Below are positions 19,090-55,008 of a stretch of 64,000 nucleotides of DNA, piece after piece. A program made the position numbers and the translations under genes. The notes beneath the pieces were generated by a model, which was not told the DNA's origin, ran no database searches, and worked only from the letters and a program-made list of their open reading frames with translations. Source of the DNA: Antechinus flavipes (Eukaryota); NCBI RefSeq assembly GCF_016432865.1, contig NC_067403.1, positions 256,742,001 to 256,806,000 of the forward strand, given 5' to 3'. Every line of letters begins with the position of its first letter. The first letter of the stretch is position 1.

Positions 19090-19946
19090 ACCCTGGTACT
19101 GGACCTCCGGAGAAGTGCTGGGCTTTGTGAGGGTGGCGGGCAGCCGGGGGCAGCACAGGGGAGGAAGCTGCTCACTGAGTGACCCTGGGAAAGGCATTCA
19201 ACCCGTCTGGCCCTTAGTTTCCCCATCTGTAAAATGGGGACAAAACCACCCCTAGCCCCCTAAGATTATGAGGATCAACTGAGAGCGATTCTAAAATGGC
19301 AAAGCTTCCCCCAAAGCCTCCCGCGTGTGCCCCCTATGGTGCTCCATGTTCCAGGGCCAGAGTTCAAGGAACAAGAGGCAGCAGAGTGCAGAGCGAAGGG
19401 CCCAGCCCCGGGTTCAGATCTCGTTTCGGAGCCTGTGACCCCAGGCTGGCATCTTGCCACCCGTTTCCTCAGTTGTCAGTCAGAGGCCTCACCCCGGGTC
19501 AGTTCTACCTCGGGCATGAGAGAGCTCGGGCTGAGCAGGGATTGCCCAGGGAAGACACCCCGTGCCTAGTAGAGTGAGGTTGCCTGGCCTTGGGGAGCCC
19601 CCGCCCGCCTGCCCCCCCATCCCCGCGGAGTTCCCCTTGGCCCTGCCACCACGCTGAGGGGGGAGCCGCGAATGGGCACAGAAGCCAAGTGAGGGAGGCA
19701 GCCGCACACCGAGGAGGCCCGAGGATGGGTGCCCCCCACCAGGAGGCGCTGCGGTCCCCAGACCTCTGTGACCCCATTTCCTCGCCAGCAAATGGGGAGC
19801 CAGGAAAGGCCTCCCCGCCCTGGCGCTCTGGGCACTCCCCCCAAATCCTGGCCATGCCCTCAAGTGCCCACCACGGTCTGCCCAGGCACAAAACCTCCGC
19901 TCCCCCAAAGACAGCCCCCACGCAGCGGCAGGAGTAACTTCAAGGC

Positions 19947-19952
19947 TTTATT
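19947..19952 (-). terminator. ZDHHC24: ZDHHC24 poly(A) signal (AATAAA on minus strand)
   Basis: TTTATT on the + strand, ~210 nt downstream of the ZDHHC24 stop. Confidence 0.7.
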
Positions 19953-20161
19953 GTAGTGGGGACTGGGGCCAACAGCCCGCCCTGGGCCCGGCCTTGGGGG
20001 CAGTGCCAGGGAGGACCGAATGCGGGGCTTGAGGGTCAGGCAGGAAGGGGGAGGGGAGAGTCCTGCTGAGTGGGGGCGCAAACCTGGGGAGCTCAGGCAG
20101 GCGGGGAGCGGCCCGCGACGCTCCTCGGCCCCCAGTCCGTGCTCCCCGCGGGCGACGCTCC

Positions 20162-23100
20162 TCAGTCGGCGGTCTGGAAGGTGATGCCGTCCCCGGGCAG
20201 CGGGGAGGACAGGAAGGGCCAGAGCCACACCAGGAGCCAGCGGGAGCCCAGGGCGGCCTCCATGTTCCTCCGGGGGCCCAGGTCGTAGAGGCGCTGCCCG
20301 CGGGCCCACTCGCGGGTGGTCTGGCCGCGCAGCAGCAGCATCCCGTGGAAGAGGAGCCCGGCCCCACAGAGCAGGGCGCCCGCCACGCACGTGTCGGCTA
20401 TGAAGGCCAGGGCGAACTGGGCCGGGGACACGCCACCTGCGGAGCACACAGCAGGGGGCCGCTGGGGCCGGGCGGGGGGAGGCCTCCCCAGAGCCCCCGC
20501 CCGGCCCCCGGCCCCCGCGGCCCTCACCGGTGAGCAGCATGAGCCACGGCAGCAGCAGCAGCGTCACGGCGTGCAGCTGGGAGTGCGCCCGCAGCAGGAG
20601 GCCCAGGGCCGGGCCCAGCAGGGCCGTGACGTGCAGCAGCAGGCCGGCCCCGTGGAGCAGCAGGCACAGGAAGGGCCGGTAGTTGCTGAAGCCCACGCAG
20701 CGCCCCAGCAGCAGGCAGTGGTGGTCCCGGCGCAGGACGCAGACCCTGCAGGCCGGGCAGTGCCCGCTGCGCGGGGGGACCTGGCTCTGGCACTGGTAGC
20801 AGTAGCTGTAAGGCAAGGGAGGCCCCATGAAGCTCCAGCCCCCCGAGCCACACCCCCTCCGGCCTGTCCTCCAGGGCCACCTTCCCTCTGGAGCCTCTTC
20901 GCAGCCCCCCGCAAACTCTCAGACTCTTCTGCTCCCGTTCCCAGGGACTCCATGGTCTACAAAGCCGTTCTCTGGGGTGGGGGACCCTTCCCCAGGACAC
21001 TCTGAGAGCTGCCAGCATGGGTAGAACTCCAGTCCGTGACTCCAAGGCTGACCCACTATCCTCTCTGAGGCAGTCCTCAGTCCCATTTCAGATGAGCAAA
21101 CTGGAGCTCTGAGGGGTCAGGGATTTGCCAAGATCAGACTCCCAGCACCCCACCCCAGAGCCCCCCATTCCCAAAGTCAGGCAGCCTCCAGCTGGAGACC
21201 CACCCAAAGCCTCATGGGGGGCCATAAGGCACCCCCTACTCTGCCCCAAGCTGGTCACCTTTTGATCATTTTCAAGTGAGGATTTAGACCCAGTTAAGGT
21301 CAACAAGCGAGCAGAAAGGGTGGCTCGCACTTCCCCAGCGCCCGCACCCCCTCCAAGGACCCCTCAGCCCCCACAGACCGTGCTCCCATCACCTGCCAGG
21401 CGGCCCGAGGCTGTCCAGCCAGCCCTGTCCAGAACCGACATGCTCCAGCTCTCTGGGTCTCTACAGAACCGAACAAATGTTCCCTCGAGTTCCCCATCCC
21501 GGCGGAAGGTTGCCAGCCCCCCGCCATTTGTCTAGTGCCTCAGTGGAACAGGCCCCAGACCGCACTGCACAGGGCTTTCAGAAAGCCCCAGGACCCTTCC
21601 CCACAAACCCAGAGAGGCAGAACCTAGCGATACTTGGGCCACGTCCGGAAGGAGCCGGCAGCTGCCACCAGTCAGGACTCCCACTGTTCCCCCTCAATCC
21701 CAGGGTTCCCAAGGACAATCACAGCATCGTGGAGCCGAACCTCTGCTCTTTCTGTGCCCAGAGAACGGCTGCCCCAGCACCCTCAGCCTCTGGTCCCCTC
21801 AGCCAGTGGTCACTTGCAGCATCTGAGGGGAGACCCTACCCTGGAGGGAGCTCACTCCCCCAGGGGCTCAGGCCAGAAGGCAGCCCCCTCCACCATCGGG
21901 GGAGCAGCGTCACTCTGAGCCTGACCAAATGTAAGCTCCTCGAGGGCAGGGGCCGTGGTGCTTGTGCCTTTGTGCCCCCCAGGCCCCGAGGAGACTCCCC
22001 TGAACCCGCTTCTGCTTCTTGGAGCCAGAGATGTCTCCTCCACCTGCCTGGTCCCTCTCCACCTCCCCAGGGCACCACCTCCAGGCCCTCGGCCTTCTCC
22101 AGATGCTCTCCATGAGCATGTGGCCCCCAAACCGCGCCCATCCTCCACACTGGGATGGGCGAGGGCAGAACAGACACGCCCCCACCCCACCCCACCCCAC
22201 TCCGTGGCGCTCTCCCTCCCGGCTGCCACCAATGGCTCCTAAGATCCACTCGGAGCCCCGGGCCCGCTTCTGGCCCAGGAGAGAATTCTGGCCCGAGGCC
22301 TTCGCAGACCTCATTTGCTCCCCAGGATCGAGTTCAGTCTCACAGATAACCAGGGTGAGCAGCTGAGCCCAGGAGACACCCCCAGAGGCCTCCAGGGTCT
22401 CTGCTGCACTCGAGGGGAGCGCTCCCTGGCCCACCCGCCCGCCTGGCTCTCTCTCCAGACTCGGGAAGGCTTCGGGAAGGGCCCAACAAGGTGCCTTGGG
22501 TTCCCCCACGGCCGTCCTTCGGGGTCCTGGTCACCATCTCTCTTGTCCGGTCAGCACCTGCTTCTGGAACCACTCAGCTCCTCCCGCCCAGGCCGCGTTC
22601 CCTCTGGAAGTGGCTCGGGGGGCCCCTTCTCAGCCCCTTTTCTCCTCCTCATCCTCTGGGCCAGCTGGAGCCAGTCTTGAGTGGAAACCTCCTGACAAGC
22701 AGGGGCCTTGACAAGCTTCCTTCCCTCCTGAAGCTTCTCTTCCACCATGAGATGGGGCCAAATGTTGGGGGGGGGGTGTACAGCCCCGGCTCCCCCGCTC
22801 CAGTGGCTCCTGGCTGTGCCCTGACCCAGCACCTGGGCCTTCTCTGCCCCAGGCCCTCCTGTCCCAGCTCCCTCTGCCCCACCGGGCCAGCCCCTCTCCC
22901 TGGGCACAGCCCCATCCCACAGACGTCTGCGTCTCCGCACCTGAACTTGCGGAAATTTTTTTTGTTTTTTACAGAAACATCATCGATGTTTAACCTTCCT
23001 GCCAGTGAAGGCTGGCCTCAGCCCTCGGGCCCCAAACTGTGATCCCTGAGGGCTGGGGCTCAGCAGCACTAGCGGGACCCCCCAAATCTTGCACAACTCC

Positions 23101-24234
23101 GCTGCCACCCGCACCCCAAATCACCACTGAAAAAGAGGCAGAGCACTCAGCAGGGTATGGGAGCACCAACGCAAACCGATGCCTGCCTGCTCGGAGGACT
23201 GACCCAAGGGCAGCCTCCACCTGGGCGAGTAGGGCCCCAACTTCTAGGGCTAGGCCCCTCTCACGCCAAGTGACCACAGCCTCTGGTGGGCCCAGAAGCT
23301 TCGGGGCTGCCCTTGAGAACCCCAAGCAGTGCCCACCGTTAGGAGACTTCTGTCCCAACCAAGGGGCAGGACTCGAACCCGAGGCCCCCCTTTCCTCTCC
23401 CTGATGCAGTCTTCAGTCTGTGTCTGACTTTCTCCACCCAAAAGAAGGCACCAGGGGTCTCTCGGGGTCTCCTCCTGCATGCCCACCTCTGGTGCCAGCC
23501 CCAGATCCTCCCTGGCTTCTCGAGGGCAAGGATGGCTCTTTGTATACCCAGGCCTTAGCACACATTAGGCGATTAATAAATGTTCATTATCACCTCCCAG
23601 TGACCTTCCTATGGGGCTGAAACTCAGAAAATCCCTTTCCATTCATGATCTCATCGGCCTTGGGATAAGGTCATTACTATCCTCCCCTTACAGGAGGGGA
23701 ACCAGAGGTTGTCCCAGGCATCATCTGCACCCAGCCCTTCCTGGGCGCCCCCGTGCACCGACATTCCGGCCTCAGCCCGGTGGGGATACAGGGTGGGGCT
23801 GCCCTTGGCCCCCGAAGAAGGCCCTCCCAGGGAGGCTGGACTGGAACCCGGGCGGAGATGGGCGACGGGGGTGGGCACGGTGGGGGGGGAAGGAGGTGTA
23901 GACACCACGGGAGGGGGCTCCCCTCCCCCCACCCTCGGGCTCGGCGCATGCGCACTCACTCCCAGCCGCGGCCCAGCGCCCGGCCCGCCAGCACCACGCC
24001 GCCGATGCCCGGGTCCCGGAGCAGGAAGAGGGCCGCGTTGCCCAGCACGTTGAGCAGCTGGAAGGCGGCCAGCAGCAGGTGCAGCGCCCGCGCCAGAGGC
24101 CCCGCGGCCGGCAGCCCGGGCCCGTGCATCAGCACGTAGGCCAGCTCCAGCGCCACGGCGGCCGCCCACAGCGCCGTCAGCAGCAGCGGCAGCCGCGGGC
24201 CCCGGCCTCCGCCCGCGGCCCACACCGCGCCCAT
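20162..24234 (-). CDS. ZDHHC24: Palmitoyltransferase ZDHHC24, 275 aa, 3 exons
   Basis: complement join(23960-24234,20528-20805,20162-20436) = 828 nt, open. N-terminus MGAVWAAGG...LPLLLTALWAAAVALELAY; cysteine-rich domain CYQCQSQVPPRSGHCPACRVCVLRRDHHC (DHHC at 20715-20726); TTxE motif; ends PGDGITFQTAD*. Confidence 0.96.
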
Positions 24235-24378
24235 GGCCCGCCGCCCGTCGTCGCCCGAAGGGCCTCCCGCGGCCTCCGCCGCCGCCAGCGCCGCCGCCCC
24301 GCCCGACCCCGGCCGCGCAGGAGCCACCGCCCCCGCCGGGACCTCGCGCCTATCAGAACGCGCAGGCCGCCGCCCGGT

Positions 24379-24438
24379 CCAATGCGCAGCGAGCGCCTGC
24401 CGACGCCGTGCTCTGATTGGACGGAGAGATGAGCCAAT
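24379..24438 (-). promoter_or_regulatory. ZDHHC24: ZDHHC24 CpG-island promoter with three CCAAT boxes
   Basis: CCAAT 24379-24383, ATTGG 24416-24420 and CCAAT 24434-24438, 145-205 nt upstream of the ATG in CpG-dense sequence. Confidence 0.6.
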
Positions 24439-25639
24439 GAGGACGTGCGCGAGCTGAGCCCGCGAGCCCAAGCTTCGGCCCCGCGAACCTCCCCGAGGCC
24501 CCGCCCCCCTTGGGCCCCGCCCTCCGAGGGCTCAGCTTCTGCAGGCTAGAAGTGAGCCCCACAGATCTGGTCCAGCCTCTATGGCTCTGAAGGCTAGGTC
24601 CTGGGTTCAAATCTCATCCTTACCACTCATGGGGGCTTTGTCTCCTCCCCCAGCCTCAGGTTTCTTTCAGTGCCTTTGCTCCCCGCCTGGATGCCTGAGC
24701 CTGTCCATCGCGGGTTTGTCCATAGCCGTGTTTGAGGTCCTTTTGTGTAGCACCCCGCACACAGCAGGCGCCTAATAAATGTTCAGTGACTCTCCTGTAC
24801 GATGGGCCTCCCTTTAAGCAGCAGGAGATCTCCGACCCGGGCCAGCTTCCGCTTGCAGAGCTCCGCTGCCAGGGAGGTCGCTGCTGCCCTGGGTAGCCTC
24901 TCTGTTCCACTTTTAGATAATTACCAGGATGTTTTTTCCTGTCACAGCATTTCTAAATCTTCAATCTCATGGTGGAGGGGTGGGGATTCTCCTCAAACAC
25001 GCAGATGCCAGCCAGCTGTGCCTGCCCATCCTCCCACAGATGCGGATCCTTCAAGGTTCAGCTGGGGTGAGGTGGGGAAGGAATCTTCTCCCGTCCCTTC
25101 TCGCTGCCTGGACACCAGTGAATCATTCCATGGGTTGTCCCATGATCCCTTGTAAAATGGGGATAATACCAGCAGCTGCCTTTCAGGGTTGTTGGTGAGG
25201 ATCAGATAAGTTACGTGTGAATGCTTTGCAAATTGTAAAATGCCAAGCGAATCCCAGCTATTATGATCTCACCGAATGAGCAGCTCAGCTTCTTTGCCCT
25301 CCATACATGTTTCTATTGGAGTCCCTCGGACCCGAGGCATCAGGCGTGCCGCCTGCCAGCTGCGCAAGCCCCGCGACCTTGCTGAGTGCAGCCCAAGCCA
25401 GAGTCAACTGGAAATAGTGAACGAAATAAATTAAAATGCACCGGAACGCAGATGATGGTCATGTGTGACTTTCTACCTCAATATGTAGCCCACAGAGATC
25501 CTTAGGTGCTATCTAAGGGCCCCAGTTTCTATTTGAATCCGGAACTGCTGCCCTGGACGTGTCTCAGTCAGTGGGTCAAGAGCCATTTCATGTTCCTTCC
25601 TGAGTAATATGCTGAATCCTCCTGAAAACCATCTCGCCT

Positions 25640-25990
25640 TCGCCCTTCGGATGCCGCTCAACTTTAATCTTCACGGACCGTGACAGCCATTCCACAGCAT
25701 CACTGCAAGAGGGTTTCTCCGTTACTTGGCTCAGCCGTTGGTTCTTGGACCTCCGGCCAAGTAGAACAAATCCAATAGGGTCCTATGTGACGGTCCTTCA
25801 GCTATAGGAAGACGCCCTTCTAGGTCTCCCTCAGTCACTTGTGCTAAAAACATTTCTCCTTGCTGCAGCTGATCCACATAGGACGTGGTCTTCAATAACC
25901 TACCCAGAATCCTCCTTCCCCAGAGGGTCTCCAACATGTCAATGTCCTTCCTAGAACACGGGGCCCGAACTGAGCAAAATACTCTAGGGT
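25640..25990 (-). mobile_element. Degenerate L3/CR1 LINE reverse-transcriptase C-terminal remnant
   Basis: The minus-strand translation RAPCSRKDIDMLE...LKTTSYVDQL...MF...GDL...LDLFYLA...RTNG resembles the CR1/L3 ORF2 end as I recall it (WAPHFKKDIDKLE...LETMSYEERL...LDLF...RTRSNG). Confidence 0.6.
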
Positions 25991-27021
25991 TGTTCTCCCC
26001 GGAGCAACTGATCATTTATGAAGCACCTGCTGTGTACACAAACACTCTTGCTTCCCTGATTGAATAAAATTCAATAGAATGTATGCTCCTTGGGAGTAAA
26101 GACTCATGTTTCCATACGCAGTGCAGGCATCTGGGAGAGACCAGCTCCCTCACTTTACAGATGAGGAGACAGATTAAGTGACTTACCCGAGGTCACTCAG
26201 CTAACACTTACCTGAGGAAAAAGATGGTGTCATGTCTTTCTGACTTGGAGGCCAACCTTCTAGGCTGTATTTCTTAGTGTAAATGCCCTCTTTGGGTTAC
26301 CCTGTCCTGTTGTTGACTTGGTTCCAGTTCTTAACTTACTAAAACACTCCAACTGTCCTCAGTCTTATACTTGTTAGACCCCAATTCTATTGCACTTCAG
26401 TCCCCGGTCCAAGCCCGTAAGAGCCTGCCCCCCTCCCCCTTCTTGGTCCCCCTTTCTTGTTTTCTGGCACCTGCAAACCCCGTATGTCATCTAAGCCTTC
26501 CTCCACCTCACGGATCCCGGTGCCGCTGCCCTGGGAACTTGACACTGGACTGGCCGTCAAGGGGTCTTTGGGGGGCTTCAGCAGTCCTGAGCCGCCAATC
26601 GGTTTCAGTCGCCCCTCCCCCCACTGGGCTTTGCTGCAGCTGATAGCGCTCCAGCCCAGAACCATCTCAAGAAAGTGGAACAAGTGTTCTGCTGCAATCC
26701 CGGTTACCCCAAACCCCGATCTGCCGGAAGGACAATCCTGTCAAAAAAGAAAATGGGAAAAGTGGTCGGGCTGGGCCGGTGACTCTCGGTGGTCGCGGCT
26801 TCCTTTCCCGCCCCCCCCCCGCCCCCTCCCCTGTAGTTTTTCCAGGAAAGGACGTGGAACTTGGGGTCTCCGGGATGGAGACTCTCCCTCTCTGCAAGCC
26901 TGGGCGCCGTGTGTCCGTGTCCAATCCCTCCTCCCTCTCCCCCGGGGGCGGGGCCTCCCTCCGGGGGTCACTGCACAGTGCCACGTGCCGGACGTGTGCT
27001 GACGGCGGTGCATCGGGGGTC

Positions 27022-27215
27022 GCTCCCCGCCCCCACCAGGGTCTCTGATCCCGCCCCCACCAGGGTCCCTGATCCCGCTCCCACCGAGATCCCTGATCCC
27101 GCCCCCACCGGGGTCCTTGATCCAGCCCCCACCAGGGTCCCTGATCCCGCTCTCACAGGGTCCCTGATCCCGCCCCCACCAGGATCCCTGATCCCGCCCC
27201 CACCAGGGTCCCTGC
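27022..27215 (+). repeat. 24-bp minisatellite (~7-8 copies) upstream of ACTN3
   Basis: Unit CAGGGTCCCTGATCCCGCCCCCAC; GATC spacing is 24 nt (27047, 27071...). Confidence 0.9.
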
Positions 27216-27324
27216 TCCGAGCGCTGAGCCCACCCCGGCTCCCTCGGCGGCGGAGGGGATGGAATTGCACCCGAGCGCGCCTCCCTGCCTCAGCACATTC
27301 CCGGCTGGCCAGCTCCGGCCCAGA

Positions 27325-27865
27325 GTATTAATAGCCTCGGTCGCGTCCAATTGGCTCCGTGGGATCCTACCCGGGATTAGCGCCCGGCCTCGGGCTTCCC
27401 ACACCTTCCCAGACATTCGCGCCCCCCCTTCTCCCCCCACCCCACCCCCGTTCCAGGAAAAAAGCGAAACCCACTCAGGGCGTTCCTTAGGCCTCGACTT
27501 CTCTGTCCAAGACACGGGTGGATGGTGGGTTGCTCTCCTCTCCCCGCGCGCCCCTCCCCCACTCTCCCCCAGCTCGGACGTGCGAAGAAAAGGGGTTTCA
27601 ACCCAGGGAGAGAGCCCCGCCCCCCGGGCTTTCTCGGACAAACGACGTCAAACCGCTTCGGAGGCGCCTGGACGCCCAAAGATCTCCCCGGTTTTTCTGG
27701 ACTGGGAGGGGGCAGCAGGAATCATCCTCCTCCCGGTTTTGTCTGACCTCCCCTCCCCCGCCCGGACCCCTGATGTCCTCGCCCCCTCCCTCCCCCTCCT
27801 CCCGTTGCCCCTCCTTCATTTCCAAATTTAGCGGGAACCCGATCCGGGTCCCGGGAGGTATTTAT
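27325..27865 (+). promoter_or_regulatory. ACTN3: ACTN3 proximal promoter with muscle-type motifs
   Basis: MEF2-like GTATTAATAG 27325-27334, CArG-like CCAAATTTAG 27822-27831 (one mismatch each), and TATA-like TATTTAT 27859-27865, ~60 nt upstream of the ATG. Confidence 0.5.
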
Positions 27866-27926
27866 GGGCGCCGCCGTCGGGGGCCGGGGGCCGGGCCGAG
27901 CCGGGGCAGAATCAAGGGAGGCGGGC

Positions 27927-46469
<18,543 letters not shown>

Positions 46470-46631
46470 CCCTTTCCCTGGCACCCCCCCAGAAGCGTCT
46501 GACATCCTCCTTGCTCGGGCAGCACCTAAGTGCTCCCCGACCCCCTCGCCCCAGTTCTCCCCGTAAGGTCCCCTTCTCCCCCCAAGGCGCTTGTGAGCTC
46601 AGAATCACCTCCCTCCACACTGGTTGCACTC

Positions 46632-46637
46632 AATAAA
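46632..46637 (+). terminator. ACTN3: ACTN3 poly(A) signal
   Basis: AATAAA ~160 nt after the stop. Confidence 0.75.
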
Positions 46638-47208
46638 GCTCCTCCCCGGCTGGGACTCCGACTCTCCTCTGCTGGGGGCAGCGAGCAGGCCGGAAGCCCC
46701 ATGGGGGCTAGTCCCACTGAGCCCCCCCAGAGGGTCTCTGGCCTTGGCGGGGCATGGCTTCTGAGGGGCCGGGGATGAGACCTGGGGCCAGCAACCCTGG
46801 GGGGGGGGGAGGCCATCAGCCATCCATTAAGCACCTGTGTGTCAGTCTCAGTGCTAGCACAGGGCTGCATGCAAATGGCCCCTGCCTCAGGGAGCCGACC
46901 CTATTAGGGAGGCAAAATGTCCCACGGGCCGGAGGGGAGGGGACTGAGATCAGGAGAGGCCTAGGGAGAAGCCGCTGCCCAAGCTGGGAGGGAGTCGCTC
47001 TGGTCTGGGAGCTGGGAGCAGTAGGGAGCCACTGGGGGTCGGGGAGGAGGGGAGTGGCGCGGGCAGGCCTCCGGCTGACCGCGGAGTAGGAACGAATGAC
47101 AGGGCCCCAGACCCAAGCTGAGGCGAGCTCCCCTCCGAGCTGCTGCACCGGTCTGACTGTGTGCCCTGCAGAGGAGCCGCTGCACCCAAACACAGAGAGG
47201 GAACTGTC

Positions 47209-47214
47209 TTTATT
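47209..47214 (-). terminator. CTSF: CTSF poly(A) signal (minus strand)
   Basis: TTTATT on the + strand, ~565 nt downstream of the CTSF stop; the first such hexamer. Confidence 0.65.
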
Positions 47215-47510
47215 GGTGCTGGAGGGGCCCCGGTGCCAGCCCGAACCGTGCCGCCGGGGGAAGGAGAATTCACACCATCATCCAGTCAGGGAAACTGAGG
47301 TTCGGGAAGGGCCTGCAGTAGCCGGGCTTGAGGTCCTGCTTCACTTGAGGGGACCCCATCCTTTCTGCTCCAGCTGGACCCCCAGCTGCTCTTGGCTGGT
47401 GCTGAGCTCCCACACCTTGCCTGCCTCCCCCACACCTCACGCAGGTCTGGGCAGGGAATGGGGACAGCCTTGCCAGGGCTGAGAGTGCCCACAGTGCCAG
47501 GGGTGCATGT

Positions 47511-47706
47511 GGCCAAGGCTAGTCTTCAGGGGTTGGCAGTCAGGAGCCAGGGCAGGCCAAGGCTAACTAGAGATCAGAGGTCAGGAGTCAGGCCAAGGCT
47601 AATCTAGGGGTTGGAGGTCAGGAGCCAGGCCAAGGCTAATCTAGGGGTCGGAGGTCAGGAGCCAGGCCAAGGCTAGTCTAGGGGTCGGAGGTCAGGAGCC
47701 AGGCCA
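47511..47706 (+). repeat. ~37-bp minisatellite (5 copies) in the predicted CTSF 3' UTR
   Basis: GGCCAAGGCT at 47511, 47555, 47591, 47628 and 47665; unit GGCCAAGGCTAATCTAGGGGTCGGAGGTCAGGAGCCA. Confidence 0.9.
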
Positions 47707-47777
47707 GGCAGCTGCCGAGATGCTGCCCTGCCCGCAGGGGATGCTGCTTTTACCAGTTCCGGGCCGGAGCGGGCTCT

Positions 47778-53361
<5,584 letters not shown>

Positions 53362-53449
53362 GACCGGACGCGGGTCAGGCTCCGAATCTCAGGCAGCCGC
53401 CGAACTCAGCTCTCGACTGCTCCGGAGGACCGGCGCAGCCACTAGTGAG

Positions 53450-53545
53450 GAGGGGCGGGAACTCCGCCGGCCAATGGGCGTGGAGGTCGCGCCGCGCCTG
53501 CGCCTTTGCCTGTTTACAGGCGCACGTGGGGCGGGGCGGGACTGC
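53450..53545 (-). promoter_or_regulatory. CTSF: CTSF CpG-island promoter
   Basis: GC boxes (GGGGCGGG), CCAAT 53471-53475 and E-box CACGTG 53523-53528, 90-185 nt upstream of the ATG. Confidence 0.55.
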
Positions 53546-55008
53546 CGGGCTGCCCCGGAGCCCCGGACCCCCGCCTCCCTCCCCCCTCCTTTCTTCCTTG
53601 GTTAAAGATAGAACCCCGGGGGTTAGCGTCCCGGCCTGTGGTCATTCCATCTGTAGCCGTGCGAGCCGGTACGTTCTTAGAAAGGAAAAGCGCCTCAGAG
53701 AGAGTGGTTGCTTCGCGCTGGCCCCGAGTGCAAATCCTACCTCAGACGCTTACAAGCCGCGTGATCCTAAGTAAATCACCCTCTCCGTGCCTCATTTTCC
53801 GTACCTGCAAAATGGGGATAAGGCTGGCCTTTGCAGGGTTTATATGAGTGGCCGGTGTGATCCAATAAGGCATCCGAGTGTGGTCGCTGTCGCTGCGGCC
53901 CGAGCCTGAAAGGGCCGTTTCTAACCTTCACCTCCGTTACCTCCGATTTACCCTGGGTGCCTTTGGACCTAGTTGTGCCCCCTCCCCCATTCGGCTCCGA
54001 CCTCCTGAGGTCAGGGGCCGTGTTTGCCTTTCTCCGTAAGCCCCGTGTCCGGCGCATCGCCCGGGACGTCCTGCTGCTCACTGGCTTGTCGGGGACGAAA
54101 CGAACTGCGAGAAACGGACGGACATTTTGGTTTCCACAGTTATGAGAAAAGAAATAAACTAGAAAACTAACCCCCTCTCCCCCCAAGGACATCGAAGAAT
54201 AATCTAGGGCGGAGTTTGTTTTCCCCTCCTAGAACCCAGGCTCCCTGGGGCGGGGACCCGCTTGTAAGCCGAGGTGGAGACTCCTGTTGTCCGTCAGCGG
54301 GGAATCCGGGCGGACTTGTGCTTCTGGGTCAGAGGCTGCCTCTGGGGGCCCCATTCGGGCAAGGATGTAACTAAACCTTGCCTCCGTTCGGCAGGACTCC
54401 AAGCCCAAAGCCTCCGAGGGGCAGCGCTCCGGGCAGGGCCGCCTCGGGGTCTGGGGGCTAGAGGGGGCAGCCAGTGCAGGGCTTTTGCCCTCTTTCTGTC
54501 CCAAGGGCCCGTGTGTGCGGTTTGCCTGGTGCCTGGAAGAGTTGTTAGGAAGCCCCTTTGGATCGGCCGCGGGTTCAGGAGTGAAGGAATTCCCTCATTC
54601 CCGAATATTAGTTGCAGAATGAAAGTTTATTGTTGGAGAGAAATCAATTGACCCAGAGACTGACCTCTAGAGCGGGGGTCTATGGGAAATGGAGTTTTGC
54701 GCTGAGAGGATGCAGTTCTCAGTGGACAGAAGGTCCTGGCAGCTGCGTGAGCCACCGAGGTCCATCTGCAAAGTCCTGCGCTGATGGAAGCTGTTATACT
54801 GGGTGTCTTGGTGGGGACTGGGACAGCCCGAGAGATAGGGGGAGGGGCTGGGACAGCCCCATCTCCTATTGGAATTAACACCTCAAAAGGTCGCTTTTTG
54901 ACTAGGAATTTTAATTGAATCAAAGGCCCTGGCATCCTGTCTAGGGAGGATATGCCTTCCCAGGAATGGCTGCGATTCTGAAAGGGATCACAGAGCAATA
55001 GGAAATAC

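Noticed and set aside
25731-26015. 94-aa ORF as a possible novel gene
   Set aside because: It is explained as a decayed L3/CR1 reverse-transcriptase fragment.
27864-27926. In-frame upstream ATG extending ACTN3 by 21 aa
   Set aside because: The ATG lies inside the TATA-like TATTTATG element, so it is expected to be upstream of the transcription start.
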